DNA of 64,000 nucleotides from Octopus vulgaris. Its lineage: Eukaryota. Under the pieces are notes generated by a model, which saw only the letters and a list, made by a program, of their open reading frames with translations, was not told where the DNA came from and made no database searches. Positions 14,011 to 27,631 of this stretch are shown here, in pieces (the stretch's first letter is position 1; every line of letters begins with the position of its first letter). Position numbers and translations under genes: made by a program. Location of the stretch: positions 78,988,001 to 79,052,000 of the forward strand of contig OX597820.1 in NCBI GenBank assembly GCA_951406725.2, written 5' to 3'.

Positions 14011-16868
14011 TTAAAGTCTAACATTAACCTCTGCCTAGTCTCCAGAGTAAAAAAATAAATAGCTGCACATACAGTTCAAGAGTAACAACTGCAGGCAAGC
14101 TAATCAACAGAATCAGGTGCATCTTTTTTTTTCTATGAGTGTTGTTGTTTGTTATTTCTTTACCAGAAATCCAGAAAGACAATGTTTAACCTATTCCTGC
14201 CATAGCAGGAATATGGTGTGACAGGGTTAAACATCCAAGCTGAATAAACTGAATAGCTTATTGGATCCTCATACATTGAAACCAATGGGAGAGTCTATCA
14301 CATATATTTAACACACTAATCATCTTTACATTTGACCCTCACCACTGCTAGATAACCAGTGTTGGTTTGTTTATGTCCCCTTTAATTAGTGGTTTCATGA
14401 AAGAGACCAAAAGAATACAAGGATTTAAAAATTCATTGAGAAGGCTTTGGTTGGACAGAGGCTATACTAAAAGACACTTGTCCAAGGTGCTGCACAGTTG
14501 GACTGAACTCAAAACCACTCTGTTCAGAAGCAAAACCTCTTAACCCCACAGCCACAACTGTCTGTTGATTGACAAATTATGTATTCGCCAGTTTAATATT
14601 TTACCAAGTTCATTAAAATAAATCATACAGATGTATACAGGTATCATACATAAATCATAAAGATGTGCTGCATGGCACCTTGGGCAAGTGTCTTCTACTA
14701 TAGCCTTGGGCTGATCAAAAGCTTGTTTTCATTTGTCCCCCACTACCACTAGTTCATTAAGATAACTGGAGTCGATTTGTTCAACTTAACCTTTCAAAAT
14801 GGTGCCCCAGCATGGCCACAGTCCAATGACTGAAACAAGAAAACGATTAAAAAAAAACTAAAAACTAACTTCTGTGCTTTTGTTAAAGTCAACACTGTAG
14901 GAAGGGCCACGGACTGGCACAGTTGGTAAACCAGTGGAGCCTTTAGGTTATGAGTTCAAATCTTTGCCAGACATAGTATCAGAGTATGGTGCACCCATAC
15001 AATACATCATCTGTTGATATGGACATCTACTAAGATAGCTATCAGCTTCAATTATTAACAGCAGCCTGTACGATCATATGAAATTTCAAGTATGATATAA
15101 TATTTATTTGATAAAGACATTTAGGGCTCAAGGTGAAATTATCCATACATCAGTGAGACACAAAAGTAATTGAGAAAAGTAGAGCAGACATCCATTTAAC
15201 TTACCTATCAATAAAACTAGATGATACTTTACACATATGTTAGGTCATGTTTTGTGTTCAGTGCAAGTCACTTCATGCTACCAAAGTTCAAATTGAAAGA
15301 ATGAAGCTATGAAATATCAGTCAAAGTCAATAGTACTAAGAGAAGTTTTGACACAAAAAAAAGACATCTAGATAATTACTTTAAAAAAATATATATATAT
15401 ATCTACTTAAAAGAATATATATCCTTTTATCTTTTACTTGCTTTAGTCATTGGACAGTGGTCATACTGGAGCACCACGCTGAAAGGTTTTAATTTCCCCC
15501 AGTACTTATTTTCAAGTCATATTATTCTATCAACCTCTTTCACATAACTAGCACTGGTTGATGGGATGGGAAGAGGGAGTTAAATACAATGACAGACATG
15601 CACTCAAAAAGGAACGGGCTTCCACACAGTTTCCATCTATCAAATTCATTTACAAGGCATTGTTGGCCTTGAGGATATAGTAGAAGATACCTGCCAAAGG
15701 TGCCATGCTGTGGGACTGAACCCGGAACCAAGTGGTCAGTAAGCAAGTGTCTCACCATACAGATACTCCTAATGTTCCCTTTTTCATGCCCGCATGGGTT
15801 GGACAGAGTTTGAGGCAGACTTTTCGCAGGTGGATGCCCTTCCTGCTGCAAACCTCCACTTGTTTCCAATCAACCTTCAACTTTTTTTCCCCTCTTGGCC
15901 AGCCGTGTTTGCACAGAATGTTGGAAATGCACAACACCACTTGTATGACAGTGACACACACACACACCTGTCACATGATGTCAAAACAAGGAGATACAAA
16001 CACACACATGCAATGGGCTTCTTTCAGTTTCCATCTACCAAATCCACTCACAAAGCTTTGGTCAGCCAGGAAAAGACAGTTGCCCAATGTGTCACACAGT
16101 GGGAGAGAACCCAAATACCAAACTTCTTAACCATACAGCCATGCCAACACCTGTAATTAATCTGATGAAAATCTCCTTATGAAAATAAGCCTCATACCAA
16201 AGAAAGAGAAATTGATATTGATAAGCCAGAACAAGACTGCACTAGCTTATAAGCAAGAGATATATATTTTGTCTCTTACATGTTGGTAGCTAAGCAACCA
16301 ACAAGTTGTTATGGATAAATATAAATGAAAAGTTATAAACAGCAGCTGAATGATGAGAAGCATGATTTAACAAATATAGTTAAAGCAACAGAATCATAAA
16401 AATTTGATTAAGTAAGGATGTTGTAAATCAGACACAAAGTAGAGATGACCAATAAATGATTAAATATTATAACGTGTCATTACATATAACAATACATATT
16501 ACATTCAATATCATAGGATATTGTTAACCAAGGTTACATAACGACAACCAAAAGCTAAGCTATGCTGTTACTGACCAAATGTCATTGCTAAACGACTGAT
16601 CATTTTTTTAATACAGGCCCACTTATACACACAGAGAATTTCAAGATGATTTATAAGAAATAGCGAAGGTGAAACAGATAAAGGATTAGACCACTTCAGC
16701 ATATATGTCAAGGATCTAAACAAGTTGCAGACATTTCACTGTTCCTGGACACCAGACCTTAACTCTACTTATCAATTCACCTAGCTAGCAAAACTTGCTT
16801 AAGTATTTTTCAACTCTATATAAGCTGACAATAAACAACAATACTTTGGCTTTCTCTACAAAATTCTG

Positions 16869-17253
16869 CGGGAGTGGCTGTGTGGTAAGTAGCTTGCTTA
16901 CCAACCACATGGTCCTGTGTTCAGTCCCACTGCGTGGCACCTTGGGCAAGTGTCTTCTACTATAGCCTTGGACTGACCAAAGCTTTGTGACTGGATTTGG
17001 TAGACAGAAACTGGAAGAAGCCTGTCGTGTGTGTGTGTGTGTGTGTGTTTGTGTCTGTGTTTGTGTTTGTCCCCCCAACATCACTTGACATCCGATGCTG
17101 GTGTGTTTACATCCCCGTAACTTAGCGGTTCAGCAAAAGAGACCAATAGAATAAGTACTAGGCTTACAAAGAATAAGCTCTGGGGTAGATTTACTCGACT
17201 AAAGGTGGTGCTCCAGCATGGTTGCAGTCAAATGACTGAAACAAGTAAAAGAG
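16869..17253 (+). mobile_element. tRNA-derived CORE-like SINE family A, tail type 1 (best-preserved copy; roughly 30 copies or fragments in the window)
   Basis: A box tggctgtgtggtaag, B-box-like gttcagtccc, CORE-like ggcaccttgggcaagtgtctt, internal (TG)n, 3' end aatgactgaaacaagtaaaag. Confidence 0.85.
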
Positions 17254-19767
17254 TAATGTCAAAGGACTACTTAAGTTGTTTTCAACAGAAAATACAAATA
17301 CATTAGTGGTATTTATAGGTTATTATTGCATTCATCTACACACAACTGCAGCAATCTACAAATCTAGCACTAATCTTGTTGGTAGTTGAAGCCCCCCAAC
17401 CCCCAACCATCATCACCAATTGTCCAGCGTCTTTCCTAAAATTCACCGTCGGACCAAGCATCTTCAAAGTTCTGCTAAAGTTCTCCAGTTGCATTTACAA
17501 GCTAGTGTTTTGTTTTAGGTTTAAATAAGTACCTTTCACCTTTTATCTTCAGCCTCTGGACTGCAGTCATGCTGCAGGTATGTTGGAGGACTGCTTTGAG
17601 GTTAAAAAAAAATCTCAAGTGAAAGCATATCTTAACTAAATATCTACTTGACTTCCTCTCAAAATATATTATTCATCTTTCCTACATTCACACCACACAT
17701 ATATAATTCATGAGGCATGAAATTACATTATACAAGACACTGTAAAATACCTTTGCCAGATAAACCAGACATAATTGCCACATTGAGGACACTCAATGTA
17801 CAGTCCTTTAGCTAATTACAGAATTTGTCTACAACAGCATTCATTATCAAACACCAAATATTTATCACTATGTTGGTGTGGACAGTAGCAAACTAGTCTA
17901 GATATTTTATATTGGAGATTTCCTTGCTGATCTAATTTCATATTCAACACATCAATTTTTAATCTCTCCTTCTAGAGTTCACAAAACAAGTACTGGTAAA
18001 TGCTGGAGTTGATTCAATTTAATATATCTCTTCCCTAACGAAAATTGACCATGTGTCAAGTCAAAAGAATATATTTTTTTTTTTAGCAATATAGAAAAGT
18101 TAGCATTTATGGACATTCTCAGCAACCAAATACATAATTAAGGTGCTGGCTTATTAGCCCATACATTAGTAATAAGTTAAAAATTTATCAAATCCATATT
18201 TAGGTAAAACATTGGCAAGCAGATGAATAGCTGTGACCAAAATCTTTCAGCTGAGCAGCGGCAGTTGATGTTAAAAATAGAATTAGTAGGAGTATATACA
18301 TATAAAAAGATTCTAGATAGACTACTAGTAATCGAAGTGTACCAAATATTGATGAATAAAACAGCACTAGAAGCTTTCAACTGGCATCAAGTGAAACTGT
18401 AAACCAACACCTAGATATCATTAAGTTCATAGTAATCAGGATAGAAGAATTATAATGAAGATTATCAAAGACAGACAGAAGATCCTCTGTGAAATTGTTA
18501 ATGCTCATTCTACTCTACATTCTCTCTCTCTCATTAACAGAGGCATTTTGCTTTCCAGTCTAATATGTAGCAAATTCAAAGAAAAAGACAAAATGGTAAT
18601 GATGTTGTCAAAAGACAAGAAAAATAAAACAGGCATGGAGGAGAGTTTTACTAATGTAAGATAAAAGCAAATTGAAAAAAATGTTATCTTAGTTGCGTGG
18701 GGGGAAAAAGGAATTATATCAGAATCGATATATTATTCATTACTGACTAAAATAAACGTTTCCAGTTTAAAATGAGTATTACTACAAACTACTGATTTTA
18801 TTGAATTAGAATAATCATTTTAACAAGAAACAAGAAAGAATAGAGTAAACTTGCTGTGGGGAGTGGGAAATTGAACATTTTGGGACAAAGTCTTCTTTAG
18901 GGAAAAGTTGACAAAAGAGAAATCAATGAGAGAGAGAAGAGCTTTACATCTTCTAAGTTAGAAAAACTGGCCGCAACTGATGAGGAATGCAGGACCATGG
19001 AAGCATCATACAAAAAACAAGAAGTGGTTGGAGAGAGACAGAGAGAGAGAACCAGGGTGAGAGAGGTAGAATTCTAATTTTGATTTAGTTCCAGGTTCGG
19101 TCCCACTGTGTGGAACCTTGAGCATCTACTATAGCCTTGAGCTAACCAAAGCCTTATGAGTGGAATGAATACATGGAAACTGAAAGAAACCTGTCGTGTG
19201 TGTGTATGTCCCCATCCCACCACCGCTTGACAACTGGTGTTGGTGCATTTATGTCCTCATAACTTAGCAGTTCAGCAAAAGATATCAATAAAGTATCAGG
19301 CTTAAAAGAAAGAAAAAAACTAGGGTTGATTCATTCGACTACAAATCTTCAAGGTGGTGCCCCAGCATGGCCACAGTGTAATGACTGAAACAAGTAAAAG
19401 AAAATATTCTGCAGAAACTGGTGGACATTAGAAGGGTAGCCATGCATAAATCCTTTACAACAATTACACCTGCTTCTCCTCACAAAATGGAAATGAATAT
19501 TGTAATAAAAGTAAAGTAAAAAAAATTAACCAGGTAGACGAAAATGTAAAAAACCTGAAATAACTCTCTCGTTAATTACTAACCTGAAATATCCCAGAAC
19601 TTTACTTAACCTTTTATAAAATTCCTCATACTCATTTAGTTCTTCAGGAAAGTCTCACTACATTATGTTCCCCTGAAAACTCCAATCTATGAATTATTTT
19701 TCTTACTTTCTGGACTTTCTAAATCAGGTGCCATACATCAAGTGAATTATTTGTAAAGCATATAGCT

Positions 19768-19905
19768 GGCAGGTGTGGCTGTGGGGTTAAGACGTTTACG
19801 TCCCAGCCATGTGGGCTTAGGTTTAGTCCCACAGTGTAGTATCTTGGCTCCAGGCCAATCAAAGTCTTGTGAGTGGATTTGGTAGATGGAAACTGAATGA
19901 AGCCC

Positions 19906-19964
<59 letters not shown>

Positions 19965-20210
19965 ATGCACATGTACACCTTTGTCCTGACATCAGGTGAT
20001 GGTTGTAAACAAGCATTGCCATCATACAAGCAATGCTACTCATTTCTGGTGTTCCATAGAAAATCATGTTTAGCTATGGGGAAATATTACTTAGATTGGA
20101 ACCAAATGAGGGTTGGCAACCAAAGATATTAGGCTGTAGAAAATCCACTTCAACAAATTCCATCCAACCTATGCAAGCATGGAAAAGTGAATGTAAGAAA
20201 TCGGTGATGA
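19768..20210 (+). mobile_element. SINE family A, tail 2, with long (TG)n
   Basis: Head plus (TG)n plus tail 2. Confidence 0.75.
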
Positions 20211-21062
20211 CTTCCATGTTTGTTTATTCTTTTACTCGTCTCAATCATTTGACTGGCCAGGCTGGAGCACTGCCTTTAGTCGAACAAATCCACTCCAGGA
20301 CTTATTCTTTGTAGATCTAGTACTTATTCTATCGATCACTTTTGCCGAACTGCTAAGTTATGGGGGACGTAAACACATCAACATCAGTTGTCAAGCAATG
20401 GTGAGGGGGACAAACACAGATGCACACACACATATATATACATGATGAGCTTCTTTCAGTTTCCGTTTACCAAATCCACTACTCACAAGGCTATCTTTTT
20501 TTGTCATTTTCTTATTCTCCTTCAAGATCAGAAGTAGACCATTTCTGTTAGGATAAAAACTTGAAATTCATGGTCTAAAATATCAGCTTGACTCTTCAGA
20601 TTATAAACGGAACCACCAAGTTGTAGAACTGTAAAAATCATCTTTTATCTGATAGTGTTTCAGCCACTGGACAGAGAGGTCACGCTGGGGCACCTCCTCA
20701 AAGGGTTTAGCTGAACAAGTCAACCCCAGCACTTGTTTTTGAGCCTGCTACTTATTCTATCATTCGCTTTTCCTAAACCACTAAGTTACAGGGATGCAAA
20801 CCAACCAATATGTTACCAAACAGTAGCAGGGAAGGTAAACACAAGAACACACACACACGATAGGCTTCCACACAGTTTCCATCTACCAAATTCACTCACA
20901 AGGGATTAACCAGAGGTTGTAGCAGAAGACAACTTGCCCAAGGTGCTGCATGGTAGGACTGAACCTGAAACGATGTGGTTGCAAAGCAAGCTTCTTAGCC
21001 ACAAAGCCATGCCTGCACTTATTTCCTGAGAAATAAAAAATATCTTAAATTATTTGTTAGAC

Positions 21063-21290
21063 TTAACACTTTCGTTACCAATCCGGCTGAAACCAGCTCT
21101 GGCTCTGAGTACAAATGTCTTGTTTTCATAAGTTCTGAATTAAAATCTTCCACCAAACCTTAGTCACAATTTATATTCCTAATACTAGCTGAATGATAAC
21201 TAAGTTATTTTAATAAATTCCTTGTTATATTTAAAGTAATTGAAAGAAACACAGAGCATCCCGAAGTAAATACAGCAATGAAAGGGTTAA
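21063..21290. mobile_element. TTAA-flanked piggyBac-like MITE, family P1
   Basis: ttaacactttcgttacc...gcaatgaaagggttaa; same interior at 41251 and 48495. Confidence 0.8.
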
Positions 21291-22189
21291 CACACAATAT
21301 CATTGACATTATAATTAACTATGGAAGTTATTTAAACTCCATGTCAGGAGTCTTTAGTTAGTCACTAACTTGTTTCCCTAACAAAAATACTGACAAAACA
21401 GAAAATAGACTTGCATCTAGTCACTGAATATTGCTTTGGACAACTACTCAATCATCACGTTATAAATAATGGCTCATTACAGAACAAGCCCCTCTCTTTT
21501 TACTCACTCACATGAACACACACACACACACACACGTTATCTACAATATCCATACAAGTTTTAACAGGTTTCATGATCTTTCAATATTATATACTAAAAA
21601 TAATAGATTTCTGAATTGCAGCAATAATACTGCTGCAAGCTTAAAAAGAAATGTAAGACATAAATTATTACAATCATACAACATTGTCATTACACTACAG
21701 GGATTCATAATTATAGTGTGCAACAGCTAAACTGATTCATTATTGAAGAAAGGAAAAAGCAAAAACTGAATGGCCTCAAAAATGTCTGGTTATAAAAACC
21801 ATTGAAGAAAAGTAGTGTATTAAAATGTTGGAAACATTTACTCTTTTGGAAGATCAAGGATTGCTTAAGAACAATAAACTTAACCTTAAAATTGAATGCT
21901 AATGATGTCTCAATTATATTAATTAGTTAAAAATAATTAATTAATAAAATACAGTAAATTTCCTTTTATCCAGTACTCAATAACCAGACCTCTCAAGCAA
22001 CTGGCACCCAGAAAAAAAAAAAAAACTATCAGCAGCAGCATTTAATGTCTGTTTTCCATGCTGGCACGTGTTGGATGGTTTGACAGGGGCTAGCAAAGCC
22101 AGAGGGCTGTACCAGGCTCTATTGTCTGTTTTGACAAGGCTTTTATGGCTGAATGCCCTTCCTAATGCCAACCACTTTACAGAGTGAAC

Positions 22190-22512
22190 TGGGTGCTTTT
22201 TACGCGGTTCCAGCATGGATACTTTTTATGTGACAGCAGCATGGATGATTCTTACGTGGCACCAGCACAAGTGCTTTTTTACGTGGCCCCAGAACGGGTG
22301 CTTTTTTTTATGTGGCACCAGCACAGGTGTTTTTTTATGCAGCACTAACACTGGTGCTTTTTTATGTGACACCAGCATGGGTGCTTTTTTACATGGCACC
22401 AACATGGATACTTTTTTTATGTTGCACCAGCAATAGTGCTTTTTTTATGTGACACCAGCATGGGTGCTTTTTACGTGGCACCAGCACAGGTGTTTTTAAT
22501 GTGGCACCAGCC
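22190..22512. repeat. Minisatellite, about 14 units of ~22 bp (gggtgctttttacgtggcaccagca), continuous with a family C tail
   Basis: Directly visible tandem units following the family C copy at 22030-22190. Confidence 0.85.
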
Positions 22513-23919
22513 CAGTTCTTATTGCATGAATCTTCTTCACTGTCACATTAAGAAAATCAAAACAAATCTTTCTTTATTTGGATTAAAAAGTTTGTTTTGG
22601 TTTTCTTAATTGACAGTTACTTCCTCTCATCTGGTCACAGAAATCTCAAACTTTGCATTGGCATTAATCCAACACTAACATTACTTTCCTGTAACCTTTT
22701 TTATTTTTAAAACATAAAACTTTTGCTTGTTTCTTATGATTTATCGTTGACAAGCAGACTTAACTAAATTCCAAATAACTGTAAAACTCAAAACACCAAC
22801 AGCCAAGTGAAAACTGAAGGTTTTTGCAATTCTATTAAGTCATTCTACTTCAATTCTAGTTACATAAAAACAATAAAACCTATATAAGTATATATTTTTG
22901 TCCTTTCTTCAAATTCTATCCTAGAATAACTGACATAAATGCATTCTGTTATAGTTATTCAAGAGTCTATGTGTGAGGCATTGCACTGCAGAGTCATTCC
23001 TCTTATTAAAAATAGCAGCTAAATTTCCGTGAAATCAAACCCTGGCTCTTTATCAAATGACTGATACATAGGTTTACATGGTTCTAAATATATATATATA
23101 TATATAAAGATGATATGGTCATGGTTGGAAAGCCTCAAATAGGCTTTCCAACAAGAGACTATATTATTACTACTACTACTACTATTACTACTGAAGTCAA
23201 GAGACAACTATGTGAACCCTCGACTTGTAAGAAACAGCTACCCTCGGTCATAGGGTTGTGACCACACTGGGGAACTACCTTGAAGGGTTTACTCAAATAC
23301 ATTGACCCCAGTCCATTCTTTTTTAAACTCCAGGACTTATTTTATCAGTCTCTTTTACCAAACTGCTGTTACAGGAATGTAAACAAACCAACACTAGTTA
23401 TCAAGCAATGGTGGGGGACAAACACATATACCTTAAGTGTGTGTGCATGGCTGTGTGTGTGTATATTACATGTATGTATGTACGCACACGCACACATGCA
23501 CGCAATGGGCTTCCACAAAGTTTCTGTGTACGAAATTCACTCATAAGGCATTGTTGGCCTGGGGTTATAATAGAAGCCACTTGTCTAAGGTGGCATGCAG
23601 TGGGACTGAACCCAAAACCATGTGGTTGCAAAACAAGCTTCTTAACCAGACAACCACGCCTATGCCTTTATAGTTAACCTCCCAAACTTGTGTATCAAAA
23701 CAGCAGCAACAGAGTGAAATAGATACGAAGTGAAACCATTTCAAGTTTAACTTTTTTTCTAAACAAAACTTTTCAAGTGATTTGTCCTTTGGGACTATAT
23801 CTACCATATCTGTCTTGGCAATGCAAGCTACTCTGTATTCTAACTCCCAATCTAAATATTGAAAAATTAGGTTAAAATGTTATTCTAATATATATATATG
23901 AGGAGAGAAAGAGAGAGGG

Positions 23920-24332
23920 GGGCAGTGAGCTGGCAGAAACGTTAGCATGCCAGGCAAAATGCTTAGCAGTATTTCGTCTGGCACTACGTTCTGAGTTCAA
24001 AATTCCGCCGAGGTCGACTTTGCCTTTCATCCTTTCAGGGTCAATTAAAGAAGTACCAGTTACGCACTGGGGTTGATATAATCAACTTAATCCGTTTGTC
24101 TGTCCTTGTTTGTCATCTGTGTTTAGGCCTTTGTGGGTTGTAACGAAATAGGTATTTCATCTGGCATTATGTTCGGAGTTCAAATTCCGTTGAGGTCGAC
24201 TTTGCCTTTCATCCTTGCAGGGTCGATTAAATAAGTACCAGTTACACAGTGGTGTCGATGTAATCGACTTAATCTCTTTGTCTGTCCTTGTTTGTCCTAT
24301 CTATGTTTAGCCCCTTGTGGGCAATAAAGAAA
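23920..24332 (+). mobile_element. tRNA-derived Deu/Nin-like SINE family B (partial dimer; about 12 copies in the window)
   Basis: gagctggcagaaacgttagc head, B box gagttcaaattcc, Nin/Deu-like gcctttcatcctttcagggtc..aagtaccag. The body is repeated from ~24152. Confidence 0.8.
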
Positions 24333-24464
24333 CATACATACATACAGATATATATATATATATACCAGAGTAAGCACATAAATGTGAAACAAGGTGGAAA
24401 AACTAGTACTCGAATACCAGAGGTAGAGTAATATGCTTTATTATTAAAGCTGCAAGAACATCAC

Positions 24465-24509
24465 AAAAGCTGTTACTCAGTTTCATGTTCCCATTCGTCA
24501 GATAGTTTT
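24465..24509 (-). ncRNA. Type I hammerhead ribozyme motif with intact core
   Basis: Reverse complement aaaactat-CTGACGA-atg[ggaa]cat-GAAA-c[tga]g-TA-acagctttt. Core intact, 3-bp stem II with a GNRA loop, GUA triplet, and an imperfect stem I (perfect aaaactgt/acagtttt in the other arm). Confidence 0.7.
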
Positions 24510-24527
24510 GGTTGAGAATTCTCAACC

Positions 24528-24565
24528 AAAACTGTCTGAGAAACGGGAAACTGAGTAACAGTTTT
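24528..24565 (+). pseudogene. Degenerate hammerhead motif (stem II deleted)
   Basis: aaaactgt-ctgagaaacgg-GAAA-ctga-GTA-acagtttt: mirror copy of 24465-24509 with deletions in the core and stem II. Confidence 0.55.
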
Positions 24566-26196
24566 TGTGATGGTTTTGCAGCTCTATTAATAAAGTGTGT
24601 GTGTATATATCATTATCATCATTTAACGTCTGTTTTCCATGCTGGCATGGGTTGGACAGTTCAACTGGGATCTAGGAAGCCAGAAGGCTGCACCAGACAC
24701 CAATCTGATCTGGCAGTGTTCCTACAGCTGGATGCCCTTCCTAACACCAACCACTCCAAGAGTGTAGTGGGTGCTTTTTACGTGCCACCAGCACAGGGGC
24801 CAGAGGAGCTGGCATCAACCACAATCGCACGGTGCTTTTTATGTGCCACTGGCACAGAAGCCAGTCAAAGCGGCACTGGCATCGGCCATGTTTGGATGGT
24901 GCTATGTGCCACAGGCACGAGGGTCACAACTACAATTTCCAGTTGATTGTAATTTAATTTGATTTGATTTTGATATTGATGTACTTGACTCAATAGGTTT
25001 TTTCAAGCATAGCATGTTGCCCTATATACTACCTACATATCATACACATTGTACCAGTGGCACTTAAGCACCATTCAAGCATGGTTGACGCCAGTATCGC
25101 CTGACTGGCCCCTGTGTCAGTGGCACGTAAAAAGCACCCACTACACTCTCAGAGTGGTTGGCATTAGGAAGGGCATCCAGCTGTAGAAACTTTGCCACAT
25201 CAGATTGGAGCCTGGTGCAGCCTCCTGGCTTGCCGGTCCTCAATCAAACCGTCCAACCCATGCCAGCATGGAAAGCGGACATTTAAACAATGATGATGAT
25301 TATATGTATGTGTATATATGTGTGTGTGTATGTATATATATAACAACTCTTGATTTTAGGAAACCCAAGTTTATTTTTGTGGTATGAATTTTTATTTTTA
25401 TACTATTCACACACAATTGTACTAATGTATTTAAAGTAGCAAATAATTTTAAATTACAGCATTGAAAATCATTAAAATCACACAGCCACAGACATTTACA
25501 ATAATGAAACATAATAAATAGACCTTAAGTGATGAAATATCCAAACAGTTCCTAAATAACTTGATATTTAAATGGGTGGTGGAACGGTTTCCTCTAATAA
25601 TAAAAACATGTTTAATAAATTCAGGAATTTGAGAGTGGAAAGGATATAGCTGGAAGTATATAAATACTAATGTTAACATTTTTTTAGACTTCTAACCTTT
25701 TTATATATCTTATAAAACATTGCTGAATTCTTAGTTAAGATTCCAGGTTATGACTCAACAATCTTTGATATTACATTAAGATTCTCTTGAAAATTGAAAT
25801 ACAATATTTTTAAGCACACAATATTCCATTTTTATGTATTTGGTTTGCCAGTTTCTTGATATGAATTCCTGAGTTGAAACATTTTGTTGTATCTTAGGAG
25901 GGTCTTTATGCCAATAATGAACATACACATTGGTTCTGTTTCATTTCTTTCATAATTATCAATCATTCACATTTAAGCAATTAAAAGTAATAATAAATTT
26001 ATTAACTAATGAATTGTTTAATTAATCAATCAGCTAAGTTTATTGATTTAGATCATAAATGACAACGAATGGACTTTAACAAACCTAGTGATTGATTGAC
26101 TGACCAAATGATTAATCAAACAATCAGTTAATTGGTTAAATGGTTAACCAATTGACAAAAATAAAGTGAAATTGAACCAGCTTGAGTGTTTATTAT

Positions 26197-26562
26197 TGGC
26201 ATACTGTGTGGTAAGAAATTTGCTTCCCAACTACATGGTTCCAGGTACAGTCCCACTGCATGACACCTTGGACAAGTGTCTTCTAATATAGCCTCGAGCC
26301 AGCCAAAGCCTTGTGAGTGGATTTGGCACACAGAAACTGAAAGAAACCTGTGATTGATTGATTGAGAGAGAGAGAGAGAGAGAGTGTGTGTGTGTTGGGG
26401 TGTTTATGTCTCCATAACTTAGCAGTTCGGTAACAGAGACCAATAGAATAAGTACCAAGCTTTAAAAGAAAAGTACTGGGATCGATTCGTTTAACTAAAA
26501 TTCTTCTAGGCAGTGCCCCAGCATGGCCACAGTCTTATGACCAAAACAAGTAAAAGATAAGA
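26197..26562 (+). mobile_element. SINE family A, tail 1
   Basis: Head, CORE-like region and tail match the 16869 copy. Confidence 0.8.
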
Positions 26563-27553
26563 GATACTAACCCTCCTGATATATAACAAAATATTTTTAT
26601 ACACCTTATTAGGCCTTATGACTAAGGAAACCGGAATTGAAGGAAGGCTGGCATCTGGATGTGTCACACAGACTCACTAGTGTGGGAATACACCTTAATG
26701 TCATGTGAACTAGTGCCCATGCCAAAGGGTTAAATAGGCCCTGTGCCTCATAGGTAAGCTCAAGAGAGTAGGAGACAAGCAGAGGTAAACTGTAAATAAA
26801 CTGGCAGAAAGCAGCAGGGAAACCACTGCTGTAGCTGTCTCCCCCAAATTATAAATCTTCATACTTTGGCATATTCTGCAGGCATTAGAGAGAGGGAGGG
26901 AGAGGTTCTGTTAAATTTATTGGTAAAATAGAATCAAGAAAATTCAGCATTGGTTTAACTTCAAAAATGCATTGGTGGCATGAAGGGAAAAAAGGAATGA
27001 GAAAACCTTCAATATAAAATTTAACTGAGAATATCATTAAGTTTGAAAATGTATTTTTAAAGTTCTTTTGATAGACACTAGAAAACACAAATTCACTCTG
27101 AGTTTCCAATTAAGATTTTTGTAGGTGTAACAAATTAGAGGTTAAAGGAAATTGTCCTGCTCAAAAGGTTAACAGGAGTGTGGTACAAAACATAAGCAAA
27201 ATATAATTCCTTCTCATATATCCAGGGTTATTAGTGAATTTTTTACAGAATTTACTATTATAAAGAAGTATACAAAATTAAAAGTTTCAGTATATATTAT
27301 CTAAATTTTAACACCTTCCACTTCTTTAGTTATAAACATGGAAAACAGCAATCTTTTTTTTTTAATAAATAACTATTGTTACAACTAGATAATGAATACA
27401 TCTACAAAGTGTTTGCAATGTTACGAAGTATATAATTTATAGGTTAAGAAGGAACGAAACTTCAATATTGTTTCTTTTACAAAGGAAACAATAACAATTG
27501 AAAAAGAAATTCACAAATAAATGTTCACTTGTATTATTAAGTCTTTTATTTAC

Positions 27554-27631
27554 CTTTGAGTGGAGTCATTAAACGGGGGAGCTGTACGTCTGGTCAGTGG
27601 GTGAATAAATGTAGTCCTCTGTGAATTGTGA
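27554..27631 (-). CDS. Internal coding exon (78 nt, phase 2-2): C-terminal half of a WW domain; probable PLEKHA5/PLEKHA7-like (WW-WW-PH) gene
   Basis: Minus strand ttttctctattttcag|TCACAATTCA...ACTCAAAG|gtaaat. Reads (x)HNSQRTTFIHPLTRRTAPPFNDSTQ, matching the WW motif (D)HNxxTTxxHP; closest recalled match is PLEKHA7 WW2 DHNQQTTAFRHPVT. Lies in repeat-free flanks. Confidence 0.75.

Larger units (their letters stand above)
24362..24595. mobile_element. Palindromic Penelope-like terminal-repeat element with hammerhead motifs (second family)
   Basis: Inverted arms 24435-24518 and 24519-24595 meet with no spacer at gttgagaa|ttctcaac. An asymmetric ~70-bp extension lies on the left. Inserted between (TA)n and (TG)n. 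Confidence 0.7.
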
